Source: Emiliania huxleyi CCMP1516
Lineage: Eukaryota
Length of the DNA stretch: 64,000 nt
Reading direction: 5' to 3'
Assembly (NCBI RefSeq): GCF_000372725.1
Contig: NW_005201298.1
Coordinates: 125,393-189,392 of the forward strand
A model generated the notes under the pieces. It worked only from the letters and a program-made list of their open reading frames with translations, had not been told where the DNA came from and searched no databases. The position numbers were made by a program, and so were the translations under genes. Below, one piece after another: positions 60,502 through 64,000 of the stretch. How positions within the stretch are numbered: position 1 is the first letter of the stretch; each line of letters opens with the position of its first letter.

Positions 60502-63500
60502 ATGATGCACATACTCGCCACCGCGCTCTCTGGCACCACTCGGCCCTCGAACCGGGTCGGTGGCTCGCCGCTCATCCCCCTCTCAGACCCGCGCAACGCT
60601 CAACGAGCCGGCCCGGAGCAGATCCACCTCACCGGCGCGAGCGTCGACAGCATCCACGTGACTTGGTCCGACAACGACACCTCCACCGCTCCGTCCGTGG
60701 TCGAGGTTCGAGCGGTCTCTGATGCCGCTTCGTGGACGGCGGTGCCGGGTCCGAGTGGGTCCGTGTACTCGGCATTGCAGGCAGCGGACGCTTGCCCCGG
60801 AGGCTACACCGACCCGTCCTGCATCTACACGTCGAGCGTGCTGCACTCGGTCCAGCTCACGCAGCTCGAGCCAGCGACCGAGTACGAGTACCGCGTCCGC
60901 AGCGCAGCAGGAAAGGTCCAGGAGAGGTCCTCGCGGTCGCTCCGCTTCACCACGCCGCCGGCTCGCTGGCTGTCTTGCGGCAGTGTGTGGTGCCGTGAGG
61001 GGCGCCGCCCCCAAAACTACGACCGTCATAACGTAGGCCGCGGGCTCGCCCGCCGTCCGGTTTGGCGTTGTCGCCGACCTGGGGCAGACAACCAACTCGA
61101 GCGCGACGGTGGCCGGGCTGCAGCAGGTGGCGGAGATATGGGGAGATATGGGGAGATATGGGGGCCGGGCTGCAGCAGGTGGCGGGGAACCAGGGGCGGC
61201 GTGAACCTCCCGCCGCGCAGTCGCGTGAGCCGAGCCCGTTTCGCAGGCGGCTGAGGACGGCTCGATCGACGCCATCCTACTGGGCGGAGACCTCTCGTAC
61301 GCTGACGGCGAGATGATCGACATCAGCTCACGCAGACCACGTCGAGTCCATGTCCGACATCTCGCTCGAGATCGCCCGAGATCACCGAGCTCGCGATCTC
61401 GTCACGAGATGAAGGAGAGTAGGCGGCGGCGGCGCTGCCAGCGCGCCCCACGCCTCGCCAAAGTCTCGACGGCGTGATGATCGACATCAGCTCACGCAGA
61501 CCACGTCGAGTCCATGTCCGACATCTCGCTCGAGCTCGCCCGAGCTCGCCCGAGCTCGCGATCTCGTCACGAGATGAAGGAGAGTAGGCGGCGGCGGCGC
61601 TGCCAGCGCGCCCCACGCCTCGCCAAAGTCTCGACGGCGTGATGATCGACATCAGCTCACGCAGACCACGTCGAGTCCCATGTCCGACATCTCGCTCGAG
61701 CTCGCCCGAGCTCGCCCGAGATCGCGATCTCGTCACGAGATGAAGGAGAGTAGGCGGCGGCGGCGCTGCCAGCGCGCCCCGCGCCTCGCCAAAGTCTCGA
61801 CGGCGTGATGATCGACATCTGCTCACGCTTACCACGTCGAGCCCATGTCCCGACATCTCGCTCGAGATCACCCGAGATTACCGAGTTCGCGACTCGTCAC
61901 GATATGAAGGATAGTAGGCGGCGGTGGCGCTTGCAGCTGCGCCCGCGTCTTCGCCCAAATTCTCNNNNNNNNNNNNNNNNNNNNNNNNNNNNNNNNNNNN
62001 NNNNNNNNNNNNNNNNNNNNNNNNNNNNNNNNNNNNNNNNNNNNNNNNNNNNNNNNNNNNNNNNCGGAGGGAACCACGAGGCGAGAGCTACTCCAACCCC
62101 AACCCGGACCCTGACCCTTACCCTGACCCGTACCCTTACCCTTGCCCCAACCCTGACCCTGACCCTGACCCTGACCCCAACCCGAACCCTGACCCTCACC
62201 CTAGGTCAGCAGCGGGGGCGAGAACTGGCTGGCGTACTCGCGGCGGTACCCAAACGGCCACGCCGCCGCGCGGACCGACTCCTTTCACAGTGAATCATTC
62301 ATCGCGAAGCAGTTATTGGTAGGCCACGCCGCAGCGCAGTCCGACTCCTTCCTCTGGTACTCGCTCGAGGTATATCTCCCCACTCCCCCATATCTCCCCC
62401 ACATCTCCGCCTTCCCGGCAGAGGTGGGTCCACCCTCCCCTACCCCAACGGTACCCGAACCCACCCTCCCCTACCCCACGGTACCCGAACCCACCCAGCC
62501 TTCCCGGGCGAGGTGGAGTGCTCACCTCCCTGCACCGACCCTTGCACTTTGAGTGTGCCGTGCCGGCTCCAGCCCGTGTGGGGATGCGAGGGCTGCCTGG
62601 CCCTTGCCCCACCAGGAAAGTGACCCTTCCTTCCTTCTCTCGAGGCGGGGCCGGCGCATGTGATGATGCTCTGCTCGTACGCCGCGAGCGGCCCAGGCTC
62701 GCCGCAGCATGAGTGACTGACAGGTCCATGACATGTCCTGGACATGTCCGGGACATGTCGTGCAGGCTCGCCGCAGCATGAGTGGCTCACACGCGACCTC
62801 GCTTCGGTCGACCGCCGCCGCACGCCCTGGCTGATCGCAGTGCTGCACACGCCGTGGCGCGCCTCTCATGATATCTCCCCATAGTATCTCCCAATACCTC
62901 CCCGTATCTCCCCATAGTATCTCCCAATACCTCCCCATATCTCCCCATATCTCCCCACATCTCCCCATATCTCCCCATATCTCCCCGTACCTCCCCGTAT
63001 CTCCCCATATCTCCCCATATCTCCCCGCGTCTCATGCCGTGGCACGCCTCCAACCGCCACGAGGAGCGGATAGATAGGTAGGAAGGCGAAACACAGTCCG
63101 ACCAACGACAGGGACACTGGCGCGGTATGGGCGGACGCACGACGGGCGGTGACGGTCACACAGGAGCGACGAGGAGCGGGGAGATATGGGGAGATATGGG
63201 GAGATATGGGGAGCTGCGCTCCTCGCGTGGTGAGAGCGACTCGGTGATGCCCCTTTGAGGTACACCTCCAACCGCCACCACCCGATGAGCGAGGGCGCGA
63301 GGATGCGAGAGGACCTCGAGCCCCTCCTCCTCGCCGCGGGAACAGACCTCGTCCTCAACGGCCGCGCGCACCCTCGACGAGCACGCCGGGCCCAGAACGA
63401 AGAAGCACGCGCGCAGATCGACTTCTTTTATTAGGCCGTGTGCGCCTCTACGAGCGGGCCCAGAAAAAGAGACATCACGCGACACTGTACTTCTTTCTTA

Positions 63501-64000
63501 GGCCACGTGCACGCCTACGAGCGGACCCACCCGGTCGCCCCCCCCCNNNNNNNNNNNNNNNNNNNNNNNNNNNNNNNNNNNNNNNNNNNNNNNNNNNNNN
63601 NNNNNNNNNNNNNNNNNNNNNNNNNNNNNNNNNNNNNNNNNNNNNNNNNNNNNNNNNNNNNNNNNNNNNNNNNNNNNNNNNNNNNNNNNNNNNNNNNNNN
63701 NNNNNNNNNNNNNNNNNNNNNNNNNNNNNNNNNNNNNNNNNNNNNNNNNNNNNNNNNNNNNNNNNNNNNNNNNNNNNNNNNNNNNNNNNNNNNNNNNNNN
63801 NNNNNNNNNNNNNNNNNNNNNNNNNNNNNNNNNNNNNNNNNNNNNNNNNNNNNNNNNNNNNNNNNNNNNNNNNNNCGGGTCCATGACACGTCCCCGACAT
63901 GTCCAGGCTGCGGAACGACGACCCGTGAAACCACCCGGCGGCCGCATCGGCGACTGCGCCGCCCCCCTCGCCCCGAGCGGAGGAAGTGGGCGATGGACGA
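60502..64000 (+). CDS. Purple acid phosphatase (FN3-like + metallophosphoesterase), multi-exon, incomplete
   Basis: PEQIHL, YEYRV, FGVVADLG, GGDLSYADG, GGNHE, QHEWLTRDL..VDRRRTPWLIAVLHTPWY, GHVHAYERT: all five metal-ligand motifs. Confidence 0.93.
61312..61964. repeat. Second block of the 164/165-bp satellite (~4 copies) inside the phosphatase gene
   Basis: Same unit as 49690-59530; ends at a gap. Confidence 0.92.
62081..62204 (+). repeat. GC-AG intron filled with degenerate telomere-like CCCTGA/CCCTTA/CCCCAA repeats
   Basis: GGNHE|gc...ccctag|VSSGGENW splices in frame. Confidence 0.8.

Noticed and set aside
7026..64000. Functional phosphorus/sulfur scavenging gene cluster
   Set aside because: The two phosphatases and the sulfatase are far apart and separated by unrelated genes and repeats.

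Overview
GC-rich eukaryotic draft scaffold with many N-gaps. GC-AG introns, 10-11-nt intronic tandem repeats, TTAGGG repeats and AP2-like domains point to a haptophyte such as Emiliania/Gephyrocapsa huxleyi (inference). Supported genes: NIPA-type Mg transporter (partial), NIF/FCP1-like HAD phosphatase, an acidic Ala/Glu-rich protein, a sulfatase present twice, an F-type-lectin + Ser-Pro stalk + TM segment, a DENN-domain gene, an AP2-chromo-SAM gene cut by a retroelement, TRM11, a GNAT-like protein and a purple acid phosphatase. There are also non-LTR and copia remnants and several satellites. Two systems stand out. (1) Many introns share one architecture: a 17-30 nt copy of the adjacent exon (supplying a GC, GT or GA donor) plus a low-complexity filler ending in AG. 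The unit is sometimes tandemly amplified, and one filler carries a PIP5K-like exon fragment from another gene. (2) A 13-kb element has A..BA..B split direct repeats (PAT/Ngaro/TOC1-like) and a body that is mostly a ~10-kb 164/165-bp satellite. All alignments were done by eye, so boundaries are approximate.
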